Below are positions 44,013 through 53,435 of a stretch of DNA of 64,000 nucleotides, piece by piece. The notes under the pieces are model-generated. The model was not told the origin of the DNA. It searched no databases and saw only the letters and a list, made by a program, of their open reading frames with translations. Both the position numbers and the translations under genes were made by a program. The stretch lies in the IMG/VR virus record IMGVR_UViG_3300002461_000857; one strand, 5' to 3'. This DNA is from a virus. Every line of letters begins with the position of its first letter. Within the stretch, counting starts at the first letter, position 1.

Positions 44013-45635
44013 TCACGTGCCTGTGCCGATCGCTTCCACCTTGACGTGGAGCTTGAACTGGGCCTCGGTGTTCCTGGCGTAGAACCTGTCGTCCTCGCCG
44101 CGAACGAAGATCGGAAAACCGGAGTAGGTGATCCTCAGCAAGATCTGGGAGCCGTTGTGGATCAACTTGAAGCGAGGGACCGAGTCCCACTTCCTCCACA
44201 GGTCGGGTTGGGTCTCGGATGCGACAAGGAATCCCGCGGTCGTCCTTGGCGTCGGCCAACGGTTCTCGAGGTCTGGACACACGTCGAAGTCGGGAGTGAG
44301 AAGATTCTCGGAGAGCTGCTTGGTGATCTTCGTCGTGACGTGACGCTCGAACTCCCCCTTGAACTCCCCCTTGAACGCGAGGGGAGTGACGAAGGTGTCG
44401 AAGTTCATCGGCGCCTGATCTGCGTTCCGGATCATGATCCGCATCGTCACGTCCTCGAACTGATCCTCTGGGATTCCCCAGTTTCCAGTGTTGATCCCAT
44501 TGGACAGGGCTCCGAACGGTGTGTTTCCGGGTGGCGCCTTCAAGCAGAGACCAATCCTGATCGTCCAGTCCTTTCGCAGTCGGTTCTGGCCGGTCTTGAA
44601 GTCGAACACGACGATGTCTTGCTTCGACCGTTCCGCGAACGTTCCGGTAATCGAGTACACCTTCGTTTTTGGAGCGTAGATGATCGGATCAGGATTCCAA
44701 TCCGGGATCGCGACCGAACTATCGCCTCCCGTCCCTGCGATGTCTCCAACGCTTGGAGGAGGAACGACGGACAGCTTGGTCTTCGCCTTCGCGATCGTCG
44801 ATGCGATCGTTGCTCCCGAAGGCATCAGGTAACGGTGCAACGCATGGTCGTCGTAGCCTCTCATGGCTCCGTTCCAGATCAGGTACTCCATCCTCGAGCT
44901 CAGGTCAGGAGCGAGGCCACCTTGCTGTCCGGACACGATCGCGGGACGTGCGAGGATGACGTGTCCCTTGTAGGCAAGGAACTCGCTGTCGTCAGGAATG
45001 AGATCTTGCCCGACCAGGATCGCGGCGATCCTCGAGTCGGGCGAAGCTGCGGCCAGGTACGTCTTGTTGCGAACCCGATCGATGAACGCCTGAACCTTGG
45101 TCCTGACGTCGGACAAGGTCTTTCCGTTCAGCTTGATCGAAGGAGGAAGGTCTCCCGGAAGAACTTCGATCATGACCTCCGAAGCACTCGCATCCGAGCC
45201 TTCGACCATCTCCTTGACTTTCGGAGATGCGTAGACGATCCACTTCTTGAGATCGTTGGTGACGATCTTGCTTCCGAAGTTGATCACGCCCGGTGCGGAC
45301 TCGTGCTTGACGATCGACCCTCCTACCGTGGGATCCAAGGATGGTGGATCCTTCGGCGGGATCGGAGCAGGGGGTTCGATCGGAGGACGAACCGGAGGAA
45401 TCGATCCTCCCGACGATCCGGTGAGTGGATCCCAGATCGAAGAGCCTCCAAGCCCCGTCGACTTGGCCTTCTCGATCCTCTCCTTGATCTTCTTCGCTTC
45501 GACGACAGCGATGACGGTTCCGATCGCGGCGAGTCCGATCCCAACGATCCATGCCGTATGGACCGGATTCGATTTCCTACGCTTGGCCTTGGCTCGTCGA
45601 CGAGGCGCAGGGTTGATGACTCGAAGCTTTCCCAT
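44013..45635 (-). CDS. N-terminally anchored virion-like protein, paralog of 25876-27348
   Basis: MGKLRVINP...RRKSNP followed by a TM segment; beta-rich C-terminal domain. Confidence 0.75.
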   Translation of the reverse strand: MGKLRVINPAPRRRAKAKRRKSNPVHTAWIVGIGLAAIGTVIAVVEAKKIKERIEKAKSTGLGGSSIWDPLTGSSGGSIPPVRPPIEPPAPIPPKDPPSLDPTVGGSIVKHESAPGVINFGSKIVTNDLKKWIVYASPKVKEMVEGSDASASEVMIEVLPGDLPPSIKLNGKTLSDVRTKVQAFIDRVRNKTYLAAASPDSRIAAILVGQDLIPDDSEFLAYKGHVILARPAIVSGQQGGLAPDLSSRMEYLIWNGAMRGYDDHALHRYLMPSGATIASTIAKAKTKLSVVPPPSVGDIAGTGGDSSVAIPDWNPDPIIYAPKTKVYSITGTFAERSKQDIVVFDFKTGQNRLRKDWTIRIGLCLKAPPGNTPFGALSNGINTGNWGIPEDQFEDVTMRIMIRNADQAPMNFDTFVTPLAFKGEFKGEFERHVTTKITKQLSENLLTPDFDVCPDLENRWPTPRTTAGFLVASETQPDLWRKWDSVPRFKLIHNGSQILLRITYSGFPIFVRGEDDRFYARNTEAQFKLHVKVEAIGTGT

Positions 45636-45641
45636 GGTCTG

Positions 45642-46115
45642 TCACCTTCGACGTACCGAGTTGATTCGAAGCGCCTTGCGACCCTGTCGATACATCGACA
45701 CCGGAACCTTCACCGGGCATCCGTTGGTCGTGATCGACCGGCTTGCTTGATACCCAAGGATCGTCCACAGCGTGGATACCGACGGATGATCGCCGGAGAT
45801 CGGAGGCCATGGAAAATCCGGAAACAGCTTCTTCGCCGCGCAGAGCTGAGTCTCTTCGACGATCGTCTCCGGAGTCGCACCGGTGATCATGGAGACGCAC
45901 TCGCACACGATCTGATCGATGATCTCGTAGTCCTCTGGTTCCTCAGGAAGCTTCATCGCGAAGTCAGGCTGAGGAAGACGGAGATCCGTGATCTGCGAAG
46001 GCAGCTGCTTCATGGCAGCGCTCGTGAGCTCGCGTATCTTACGATTCTGGATGACGCCGTAGCCGACGATAGCTCCGGCGACGAGGCCTCCGGCGATCCA
46101 TAGGATGGGAATCAT
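45642..46115 (-). CDS. N-terminally anchored virion-like protein
   Basis: MIPILWIAGGLVAGAIVGYG...; FPDFPWPP resembles WPDCQWPP in 25876-27348. Confidence 0.7.
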   Translation of the reverse strand: MIPILWIAGGLVAGAIVGYGVIQNRKIRELTSAAMKQLPSQITDLRLPQPDFAMKLPEEPEDYEIIDQIVCECVSMITGATPETIVEETQLCAAKKLFPDFPWPPISGDHPSVSTLWTILGYQASRSITTNGCPVKVPVSMYRQGRKALRINSVRRR

Positions 46116-46807
46116 CGACGAACTCCTCTTGATCGGAGGCAAACAGGAACAGCAGCTCCGTTGATCGTTCGGGCCCAGGACCCGTGGCGAGAACGATGGA
46201 TCGGACCTAAGATCTGCTCTCTCACGCCGTGAAGACTAGGAACCGATGGGCAGTGCCATCTTCCACTCTGATCGATGCAGCAACGATCGTCCTCGTCGTC
46301 GCAGAGGACACGACCGTCTTGGATCCTGCAGGATCGGCCCTCGACCCTCGACCTTGGATTCGCCCGAAGGCTGGGTCCACCCTTCGCGCCAAGGTATCTC
46401 GCGACAGGATCGACAGCTCCTTGCGGGGCGACGTAGATCCCGTGGTAGTCGCCGGTCATGTCACCCTCGCCCTGATCGACGCCGAGGCACTCCGTGGGGA
46501 TTCCGTACTTCTCCGTCTGCACCGCAGCCTCGTACGAGCATGCGTCTCCGCAGCTGAACGTTCCTCGATCGAGCATGGCTCGGAGTCCATACATCGAGAT
46601 CGTTGGCTCTCCGGAAGGATCGACGCGATGCCACTCGGGGACGTATTGAAGTCCAAGGTCCTCGACACGATCCGCGACCTCGAGGCCTTCGCGGAGCATC
46701 GCCGCGATCACCATGCGATTGTCTTCGCGGACGAGCTGGCACAGCCTCGTCCACTCGTCACGCATCGGTTCGCCCTCGGGCATGCACAGGTGGAGTACGA
46801 CGATCAT
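46112..46807 (-). CDS. Transglutaminase/papain-like Cys-His-Asp protein
   Basis: GTFSCGDACSY...DYHGIYV...AVDP spacing resembles transglutaminase-like triads; ATGA coupled. Confidence 0.55.
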   Translation of the reverse strand: MIVVLHLCMPEGEPMRDEWTRLCQLVREDNRMVIAAMLREGLEVADRVEDLGLQYVPEWHRVDPSGEPTISMYGLRAMLDRGTFSCGDACSYEAAVQTEKYGIPTECLGVDQGEGDMTGDYHGIYVAPQGAVDPVARYLGAKGGPSLRANPRSRVEGRSCRIQDGRVLCDDEDDRCCIDQSGRWHCPSVPSLHGVREQILGPIHRSRHGSWARTINGAAVPVCLRSRGVRR

Positions 46808-47709
46808 GTCTGAAGCATCTGGATGATGGAGATCGCGCCCTGTTGCCCGTTGTTGTTGAACGTGAATGCGTTCGCAGCACCAGGGATGGGCGTCCACGTC
46901 GTCTGCGTCCGCCCTGACGTCGTCTCCACGGTTCCAACGTTGATCGCTGGGAGTGGAAGCGCGTACTGGGCAGCGAATGGCCTCGCCATGACGTTCTGAT
47001 AAGAAGCTGATGCTGCAGCGTCGAACGGGGTCTCCGAGATGACGAACAGCTCCTTCGCACTTGCAACGATCGGAACCGAGATCGAGCTCTGGCTCTCCAA
47101 GGCGGAGAGGTAAACCGTGTCGGTCCAGTAGAGGGGCTCGAGCGGGGTGCACGATGCGACCTCACAGTGGATCCACGCGTTGATCTCGGTCGATACCTGC
47201 TGCGTTCTCGACATCCCCTCTGGAAGATCGGTGGGGATCGTCGTTATGTCAGGAACCAGAACCTGGACCGAGTTCACGTACCTCGCGGACAGGAAGGTGT
47301 TGATCCCTGCGCCGATGTCGAGATCGATGGTTCTCGTCCTGCTGTAACCGAGCGAAAGTTCGAGGCGGAGCTTCAAGATCGACGATGGAAGGCCCTGGCT
47401 CTTGGTCAGGATCTTGAGCTCGTCGAGCGTCGGGTTCACGACCGCCGGATCGTAGGTGTACTCGCGTGCCTGGACGACGAGTTGGTACCATCCTGTGGGG
47501 CTGATCCTTCCGCTATTTGGGCTGTTACCTCCGTGGATCTGACCGTGAACCCGAGGTCGATCGTTTCCCTGCGTCAGGTTGTACACCACCGACGCAGGGA
47601 CCCATCGCGTCACGAACGGAACACCCGACGCGATGACCAGGCTTCCCTGGGCGTCTGGATTCGGGTTGAACGCCGACGGATCAATCTGCGGTCGGATCGG
47701 AGGAGACAT
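46804..47709 (-). CDS. Beta-rich protein, candidate second/minor capsid protein
   Basis: 301 aa, strand-like composition, no TM, close to the capsid candidate. Confidence 0.5.
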   Translation of the reverse strand: MSPPIRPQIDPSAFNPNPDAQGSLVIASGVPFVTRWVPASVVYNLTQGNDRPRVHGQIHGGNSPNSGRISPTGWYQLVVQAREYTYDPAVVNPTLDELKILTKSQGLPSSILKLRLELSLGYSRTRTIDLDIGAGINTFLSARYVNSVQVLVPDITTIPTDLPEGMSRTQQVSTEINAWIHCEVASCTPLEPLYWTDTVYLSALESQSSISVPIVASAKELFVISETPFDAAASASYQNVMARPFAAQYALPLPAINVGTVETTSGRTQTTWTPIPGAANAFTFNNNGQQGAISIIQMLQT

Positions 47710-47712
47710 GGA

Positions 47713-49131
47713 TCAGCGCACCGCCCTGACCGAGATCGGACGACGACGACGACGAGCCTGCTGACCCGGCTGCGACGTCACGACGACTGGGGTGCAGTTG
47801 ATCGCGCCCTGCGGGTCGACGCAGCACAGGTGACTGCCGGTTCCCCAGCAGATGTAGTCGCCGATCGCTCGCGGAGCCGTGGAGATGCGACCCATGCCTC
47901 GAAGGCCCATGGCTTGGGCTCCAGCACGAAGCTGGGGTCCGACCGGAGACCAGGCGGGGTTCTCGCGGTACGACTCCATTCTCGGGACGACCGCGCGTGC
48001 CGGGTACCCCGAGCATCTTGGAATCCAGCGGTCGATCCCTTGGGGCGCGTTCGCCTGTGGAGACGCGACCACGTGGCAGAGCATAGAGCCGCCCTTCTGG
48101 TTCTTGCACTCGACGACCTTGACGGGGATCACGTTGGGCTTGACCTGATTCGCGCTCTTCCAGAAGAGCATCACGGTCTGACCATCGATCGTGGCGACGC
48201 AGTCCTGTCGAACGACACGCGTCGGATTCGATCGAGTTTTACCGCAGCATGGCGTCGCGCTCGGATCGTTCGCCATCGCCTGCGCGCACTCGTCACAGCA
48301 TGGCTCGGGGTTGGCTCGGGCCCCGCCGCATGGCGTCGCGCTCGGGTTCGCCATCATGGCGATCGCGCACTCGTCGCAGCACGGGTCGGGCTCGCAGTCG
48401 TCGCCTGGAGGTGGAGGTGGAGGTGGAGGCGGGATGCACTCGCCGGTCGCGTCGACGAGATAGCCTGGCGGACACGGGGTCTTGCTCGGAGGATCGTCGC
48501 ACAGCGGGACCGTCAGCTGCGTCGAGTCCGGAAGGGCCACGATCACCAGCTCTCCGGCCTGCGTCGGCGCCGAACCGATCAAGACGGCCGTCATGCCGTC
48601 TCTCGGATCTCCCGGGCATACCAAGACGCCGGAGATCGCGTCGTAGCAGCAGTTCTGAGGAACACCGTCTGGGCAGAGCGGAAGTCTCGTGTTCTTCTCG
48701 AACCCGTCGTTCGGATCGATGAAGCTGATCGTCACCAGGCCTCCGGCGTGGATCTCCATGATCTCGGTGACCTCAGCGTCGTGCAGCGATGACGTGGTGT
48801 CGCTGCACACCAGTCGCATGCTCTGAGCGTCGACGCAGCACTGAACTGTTCCGAGATCGGCGACGAGCGTGTCGTCTCCTGCGGTCGGACCCGGATTGGA
48901 GAACGCGATCGGACCTGCCCCGATCTTGACCAGCGTTCCCGATACGCCGCCGGGCTGTGTCGCAACGATCGAGACCAGGCGAGGAACTCCTTCGCCGTAG
49001 AGCCATCCGGACCCTGATCCTGTCGCGACCACGTATCTCGTCGTCCCGGGCGGGGCGACGTTGAAGGTCACGAGAGGAATCCACGGAGTTCGCGACGTGA
49101 TCGAGCCTTGGAAGACGGGGTTGGCGAGCAT
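47713..49131 (-). CDS. Cys/Pro-rich multidomain virion-like protein
   Basis: Many CC pairs, poly-Pro, duplicated PCCDECA.AM.AN(D)PSATPC unit, five NP motifs. Confidence 0.7.
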   Translation of the reverse strand: MLANPVFQGSITSRTPWIPLVTFNVAPPGTTRYVVATGSGSGWLYGEGVPRLVSIVATQPGGVSGTLVKIGAGPIAFSNPGPTAGDDTLVADLGTVQCCVDAQSMRLVCSDTTSSLHDAEVTEIMEIHAGGLVTISFIDPNDGFEKNTRLPLCPDGVPQNCCYDAISGVLVCPGDPRDGMTAVLIGSAPTQAGELVIVALPDSTQLTVPLCDDPPSKTPCPPGYLVDATGECIPPPPPPPPPGDDCEPDPCCDECAIAMMANPSATPCGGARANPEPCCDECAQAMANDPSATPCCGKTRSNPTRVVRQDCVATIDGQTVMLFWKSANQVKPNVIPVKVVECKNQKGGSMLCHVVASPQANAPQGIDRWIPRCSGYPARAVVPRMESYRENPAWSPVGPQLRAGAQAMGLRGMGRISTAPRAIGDYICWGTGSHLCCVDPQGAINCTPVVVTSQPGQQARRRRRPISVRAVR

Positions 49132-49165
49132 GATCGATTCCTCAGCGATGGAACTTGGGTTCTCG

Positions 49166-49205
49166 AAACAAGAGAAGGGGGCCGGGGCGTGGCCCAGCCC
49201 CCTTC
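49166..49205 (-). terminator. Rho-independent terminator downstream of the capsid candidate
   Basis: Minus strand GAAGGGGGCTGGG-CCACGC-CCCGGCCCCCTTC followed by TCTTGTTT. Confidence 0.7.
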
Positions 49206-49237
49206 GGCTCTGGCAGCTCGGTGTCCGAGCTTCTACG

Positions 49238-49972
49238 TCAGCCGACCGGGATGTTCGAGGGCGGCGGCGTCCCCGGGCCGAAGAACGGCGGGGGGAAGCA
49301 GGCGTTGGTCTCGTACTTCATGCCGACGATGATGAAGTTGAACACCGGGATCGTGCTCGCCGTGGTGATCGGCGAGAAGGTCAAGATCAGCGGCGCCCCG
49401 GTCCAGAAGCAGCCGAAGTCGAACGGGCAGAAGCACTGGTCGGTGCGGAAGAACGCCACGTCGACCGTGCTGTCCGGGCAGACGAGGTTCAGCGAGTTGA
49501 AGCCCGAGGTGATCGAGTTGAACCCGTACTCGCCCTCCTGGTTGAAGCTCCGACCGCCGATGCCCTGGTAGATCGAGCCGCCGCAGGCGACCTCGAGGGT
49601 CGTCGAACCGGTGGTCGTCGGCGTCACCACGACGCCGAGCAGCGAGCACTGCTGGACCCAGCTCCACAGGTTGTTGGTGGACGACATCGCCATCATCGGC
49701 TGGATCGGGCCGCACGAGCCCGGCATCGAGGGCCAGTTGCCGCCGCACCCGGCGAGCGCGCCCTGATCGGCACCCTGGGGCACCGGGGCGTAGCCCTGCT
49801 GCGGCACCGCCGGGGCGTAGCCGTAGCCCTGCGCGGCGAGGGCCGCCGCACCTGCGATCGCACCCGAGGGCGCGCCGCGGGGGACGAGCGCCTGGGCCTG
49901 CTGCTGCTGCTGCTGGCGGAACTGGGCGTTCACTCGCGCCTGGGCCGCACGGAGTTGCTGTGAGTTGCTCAT
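49238..49972 (-). CDS. Candidate major capsid protein (single jelly-roll-like)
   Basis: GAAGGA RBS, strongly C/G-ending codons, own terminator; ~90-aa low-complexity N-terminal arm plus ~150-aa beta-strand domain ending FNFIIVG; fold is inferred, not shown. Confidence 0.5.
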   Translation of the reverse strand: MSNSQQLRAAQARVNAQFRQQQQQQAQALVPRGAPSGAIAGAAALAAQGYGYAPAVPQQGYAPVPQGADQGALAGCGGNWPSMPGSCGPIQPMMAMSSTNNLWSWVQQCSLLGVVVTPTTTGSTTLEVACGGSIYQGIGGRSFNQEGEYGFNSITSGFNSLNLVCPDSTVDVAFFRTDQCFCPFDFGCFWTGAPLILTFSPITTASTIPVFNFIIVGMKYETNACFPPPFFGPGTPPPSNIPVG

Positions 49973-50135
49973 GGTGTTGTCCTTCGAACGGGCTCGTGTA
50001 GAGCCCACGTCTCATCTCTTCTCGTGCCCAGATCGGATCCCTCGATGCTTCTTGGGTCGATCGTACGCCGCGTCCGCTACTCGGAATCCTTCGGCGATTG
50101 CCGTCGGTGCCGCGACGTCAGGGCTGGGAACTCGA

Positions 50136-50729
50136 TCACGCCGCGGCTTCGTCGATCGCGGCCTGCTCCATCTTCTTGCGCGCGCGAGCTCGGCCCATGT
50201 TGGCGCCGATGTTCGCAAGGAACACGCCGACGTTCAGGAACGCGGCGTCGCGGAGAAGGCGGTAGCCGAAGTTGTCGGTGCCGGTCTTGGCGATCATGCC
50301 GACGGCGCCGGCCAGGATCGCGAATCCGACGGTCGTGGCGAGCGGCTTGGGGATGATCTTCAGGATCTTGCGGGGATCCTTCACGCCCTCGGGATGATCC
50401 CAAGGCGCTGGGTACTGCTCGATGTCGGCGCCGATGCTCGCCGCACCGCTCATCTCCCAGTCGGTGATCATCGCCTGGGCCTTCTCCTCGTCGCTGCCGA
50501 TCCAGTTGCCGACGCCGAGCATCATGACCGAGGCGAGGGTGCCGCTGATGATGCCCATCGTCGCCTCCTGACCGTCGCTCAGCTCTCCCTCGGCCGCGTT
50601 CTTGGTCCGCGCCAGCTTCGTCATGGCGTCCGCGGCGAGTTCCGGGTTCGAGCGCATGAGCTCGAGGGCGTCCGTCTTGTACTCCTTGGGGTTGAAGCGA
50701 CGTGCGAGGGCTGCTTTTCCGGACGACAT
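50136..50729 (-). CDS. Membrane protein immediately upstream of the capsid candidate
   Basis: RRFNP and RSNP motifs, three hydrophobic segments. Confidence 0.7.
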   Translation of the reverse strand: MSSGKAALARRFNPKEYKTDALELMRSNPELAADAMTKLARTKNAAEGELSDGQEATMGIISGTLASVMMLGVGNWIGSDEEKAQAMITDWEMSGAASIGADIEQYPAPWDHPEGVKDPRKILKIIPKPLATTVGFAILAGAVGMIAKTGTDNFGYRLLRDAAFLNVGVFLANIGANMGRARARKKMEQAAIDEAAA

Positions 50730-50880
50730 GGTGATCTTGAATCCTGGGTTGGGGTTCGGCTCGTTCTTCGGTTGACCCGTTCGAACCGTTGCCCGTTGAC
50801 CCAACCAAAAAAAAATGGGTTCCGCAAGTCGCTTGCATTTCATCGCCTTGCTAGCCCGTCCGTGGCTTTACCGAGGAGAT

Positions 50881-51027
50881 GTGCAAGATGTGATCATCGA
50901 GCGTGAACAACTCGATCGTGTTCCGAGTATGGCGTTCGATCTCGGGTGTGAACCCAAAAATCGTGGCGTTGTCATCGACGTGATCAGACCGCCTGGTCTC
51001 GGTGCGTCCTGTCTTCGGTTTCTATGA
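50881..51027 (+). CDS. Small hypothetical protein
   Basis: GAGGAG RBS before GTG 50881; ends in an ATGA overlap. Confidence 0.4.
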   Translation: MQDVIIEREQLDRVPSMAFDLGCEPKNRGVVIDVIRPPGLGASCLRFL

Positions 51028-51142
51028 AACTGAAGTGGTTTCAAGAATGTTCGATGTGCAACGAAGGTCTATCCTGGCCCCACGTCAACCGGTATTGCAC
51101 AGATCTGTGCAAGACCGGTCGACTTCGTAGACACTGCTGTGC

Positions 51143-52825
51143 ATGGGCAAGTCCTTCCCCGAAATCACATCCGACCCGGTCTACGACATCCCATCTGGAG
51201 AGCTCCTCAGTTCGATTCCGGTCATGGTGGATCTGAGGTCGAAGATCGAAGACGACTGCATGGTCGGACTGAAGTCGTTCTGGATCGACGCGAAGTACAA
51301 AAACTCGGATGGCGAGTTGATCAAGGACAGTGGCTTCCAGAAGTGGCATGTCCGCAACGGTGGAAGAGGAATGGTCCCGTCGACATCGCCTGAAGATCTC
51401 ACCAAGATCGTCTGGCTCCGTTGTCGTTCCTACGCAAACGAGAAGAGACTGAGAGTGTCGTTTCGCGTGTGGTTCTACGTCGAGGATGCGAACGAGACAC
51501 CCGATCGTCCATCGAAGAGCTTCACGTTGGATGGAGAACCAGACCAGATCCCGGAGTCAAAAATGACCATCGAACCACCTCCACGGATCGACACGACGGG
51601 GCTTCGTCAAATCAGTGCTGGTCCGATTCTTCCGAACCCGGACGACGAAAGGCCTCGAGATCGAGCTGCGGCTGATCTGATGCCGATGTCGAGCCCTGCT
51701 GTGATGCTCGACTCATCCACGCCTCCATGGGTGGTCACCCTCGTTCAACAGGCGATGGGTTCGATGTCGGCGGTGTCCGAGCGGATTGCGATTCAGGCAT
51801 CGGCCCTGCTCGAGCAGTCGCGTAACAACCACGGCAAGGAGATCCATGACACCTCCGCGTTGGCCCGAGATGTCGTAGAGAGGACCGGCGTCGCGATGTC
51901 TGGAGTGATGTCCGCCAATGCTGCGGCGATGCAGGCCATCATGGACGCTTCGACCAGGAATACCCAGATCTTGATCGCTGGAATGCAGGGCGTGATCTCC
52001 GATCAGGGAAAGGCTTCGGATCGTCGTGTGGATACGACCATGGATGTCATAAGCCTTCTTAGCGAAGAGCTTCGTGCGTCCAACAAGAGGGCAGCTCTGG
52101 CAGAGACGAGGAACTCAGAGAACCGCCAGGATGAGTCCGAAGGATCTCGTCGCACCGCATGGGCGGCCTTCGAGCACAGCATGAAGATGAGGCTCGAGAC
52201 CGAAGAGATCGTTCGTCAGCGTCTTGCCGAAGAGATGGCCGCTGCTGCGCTCGACGCTCCTCCTCCTACGGAGGAGCCAAAGAAAAAATCGATCGGACAT
52301 AAGATCTACGAAGATCTCAAGCCTCTGATCCCGATCGGACTCAGTCACCTCATGCAGTCGCTCGGGAACCGAGATGCTGCCCAGGCGTCGATCAGACATG
52401 CGGAGAGCCTGTCTTCGCAAGAAGAAGGCGACGGTGGTGACGAAGACGATGAAGATGATCATGAGGAGGATGAGGAGGAGATCCCGCAACCAGATCTCTC
52501 CACGATCCACGGCAAGCTCTTCGCGATGGTGCAGATCCTGTCCAAGGATCAGGTGTCGAGGCTCGTGCAGACGATCGGTCAGTCATCCTGGGATGGGATC
52601 GTCGCCGCATCGCAAGCCTCGAGCGATGATGACGCGATCCCGTCTCTTCTTCCGTTGGCGATGCAGCTGAGGATGAAGCCTGACCTCGAGGTCCAGGTGA
52701 AACAGATCTTGGATCCTCGTCAGCGCACGCTTCTTGGAGGCGTCGTCGCGTCGTTGAAGGCGAAGTTCGGTGGAGGCGATGCCAAGAAGGCTCCATCGCG
52801 TCCTCCGTCTCAACCGAAGGGCTGA
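51143..52825 (+). CDS. Large hypothetical protein with coiled-coil and acidic linker
   Basis: 560-aa ORF with protein-like composition. Confidence 0.75.
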   Translation: MGKSFPEITSDPVYDIPSGELLSSIPVMVDLRSKIEDDCMVGLKSFWIDAKYKNSDGELIKDSGFQKWHVRNGGRGMVPSTSPEDLTKIVWLRCRSYANEKRLRVSFRVWFYVEDANETPDRPSKSFTLDGEPDQIPESKMTIEPPPRIDTTGLRQISAGPILPNPDDERPRDRAAADLMPMSSPAVMLDSSTPPWVVTLVQQAMGSMSAVSERIAIQASALLEQSRNNHGKEIHDTSALARDVVERTGVAMSGVMSANAAAMQAIMDASTRNTQILIAGMQGVISDQGKASDRRVDTTMDVISLLSEELRASNKRAALAETRNSENRQDESEGSRRTAWAAFEHSMKMRLETEEIVRQRLAEEMAAAALDAPPPTEEPKKKSIGHKIYEDLKPLIPIGLSHLMQSLGNRDAAQASIRHAESLSSQEEGDGGDEDDEDDHEEDEEEIPQPDLSTIHGKLFAMVQILSKDQVSRLVQTIGQSSWDGIVAASQASSDDDAIPSLLPLAMQLRMKPDLEVQVKQILDPRQRTLLGGVVASLKAKFGGGDAKKAPSRPPSQPKG

Positions 52826-53134
52826 GGATCCGTCCGTGACGCTGGGCCTCGGGGATCGAGGCCCAGCGTCACCGTACCGTGATCCAGGTGAGCGTCGTCG
52901 CTCCGTCGACGACGGCCATGAAGTGGGGTGTTGGCCACCATGGAGTCGCGAGTTCGGTTGCGAGCTCGGGTAGAGTTGCGAGCTCGACGACGGTGCGCTT
53001 CGAGGAACGACCCCGGATCTGGCTCTCGTCGCGTCGTAGGAACGCCCCTGGCGTGGGCTTCTGCGCCGTGGGCAACCGCAGCATCGTGACGAGCCTAGCC
53101 GATCCTGAACCTACGCCTGCGACGCAGCGAGATG

Positions 53135-53435
53135 GTGACTTTTGTCATGCTTATTTCACGGTATTAGGACGTAAAAATATCGGGCGATGACGCTGGCTCG
53201 TCCCCGGTCGCCCCCGGTCCGACCCCGGTCATCCCCGGTCGAGCCCGGGGTCGGACCGGGGGCGAGGATGCAGCGTCTCTCAGAACCATTGGAGTTTTCT
53301 TGGAGATCTCCAAGGCTCAGACCTTTCAGCAAGCATCGAGCCAGAAAAGAAAACCCTGTCGCCCCCTATGAATCCCACTTTTAAGATCCACTTCTCATTA
53401 AGAGAGAGAGAGAGCCGCGCTCTCCCTCTCCGGCC
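53135..53435. other. Putative replication origin
   Basis: Perfect 21-bp inverted repeat (53208-53228 / 53245-53265), CCCCGGTC iterons, AT-rich flanks and an (AG)n tract in a long non-coding gap. Confidence 0.45.
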
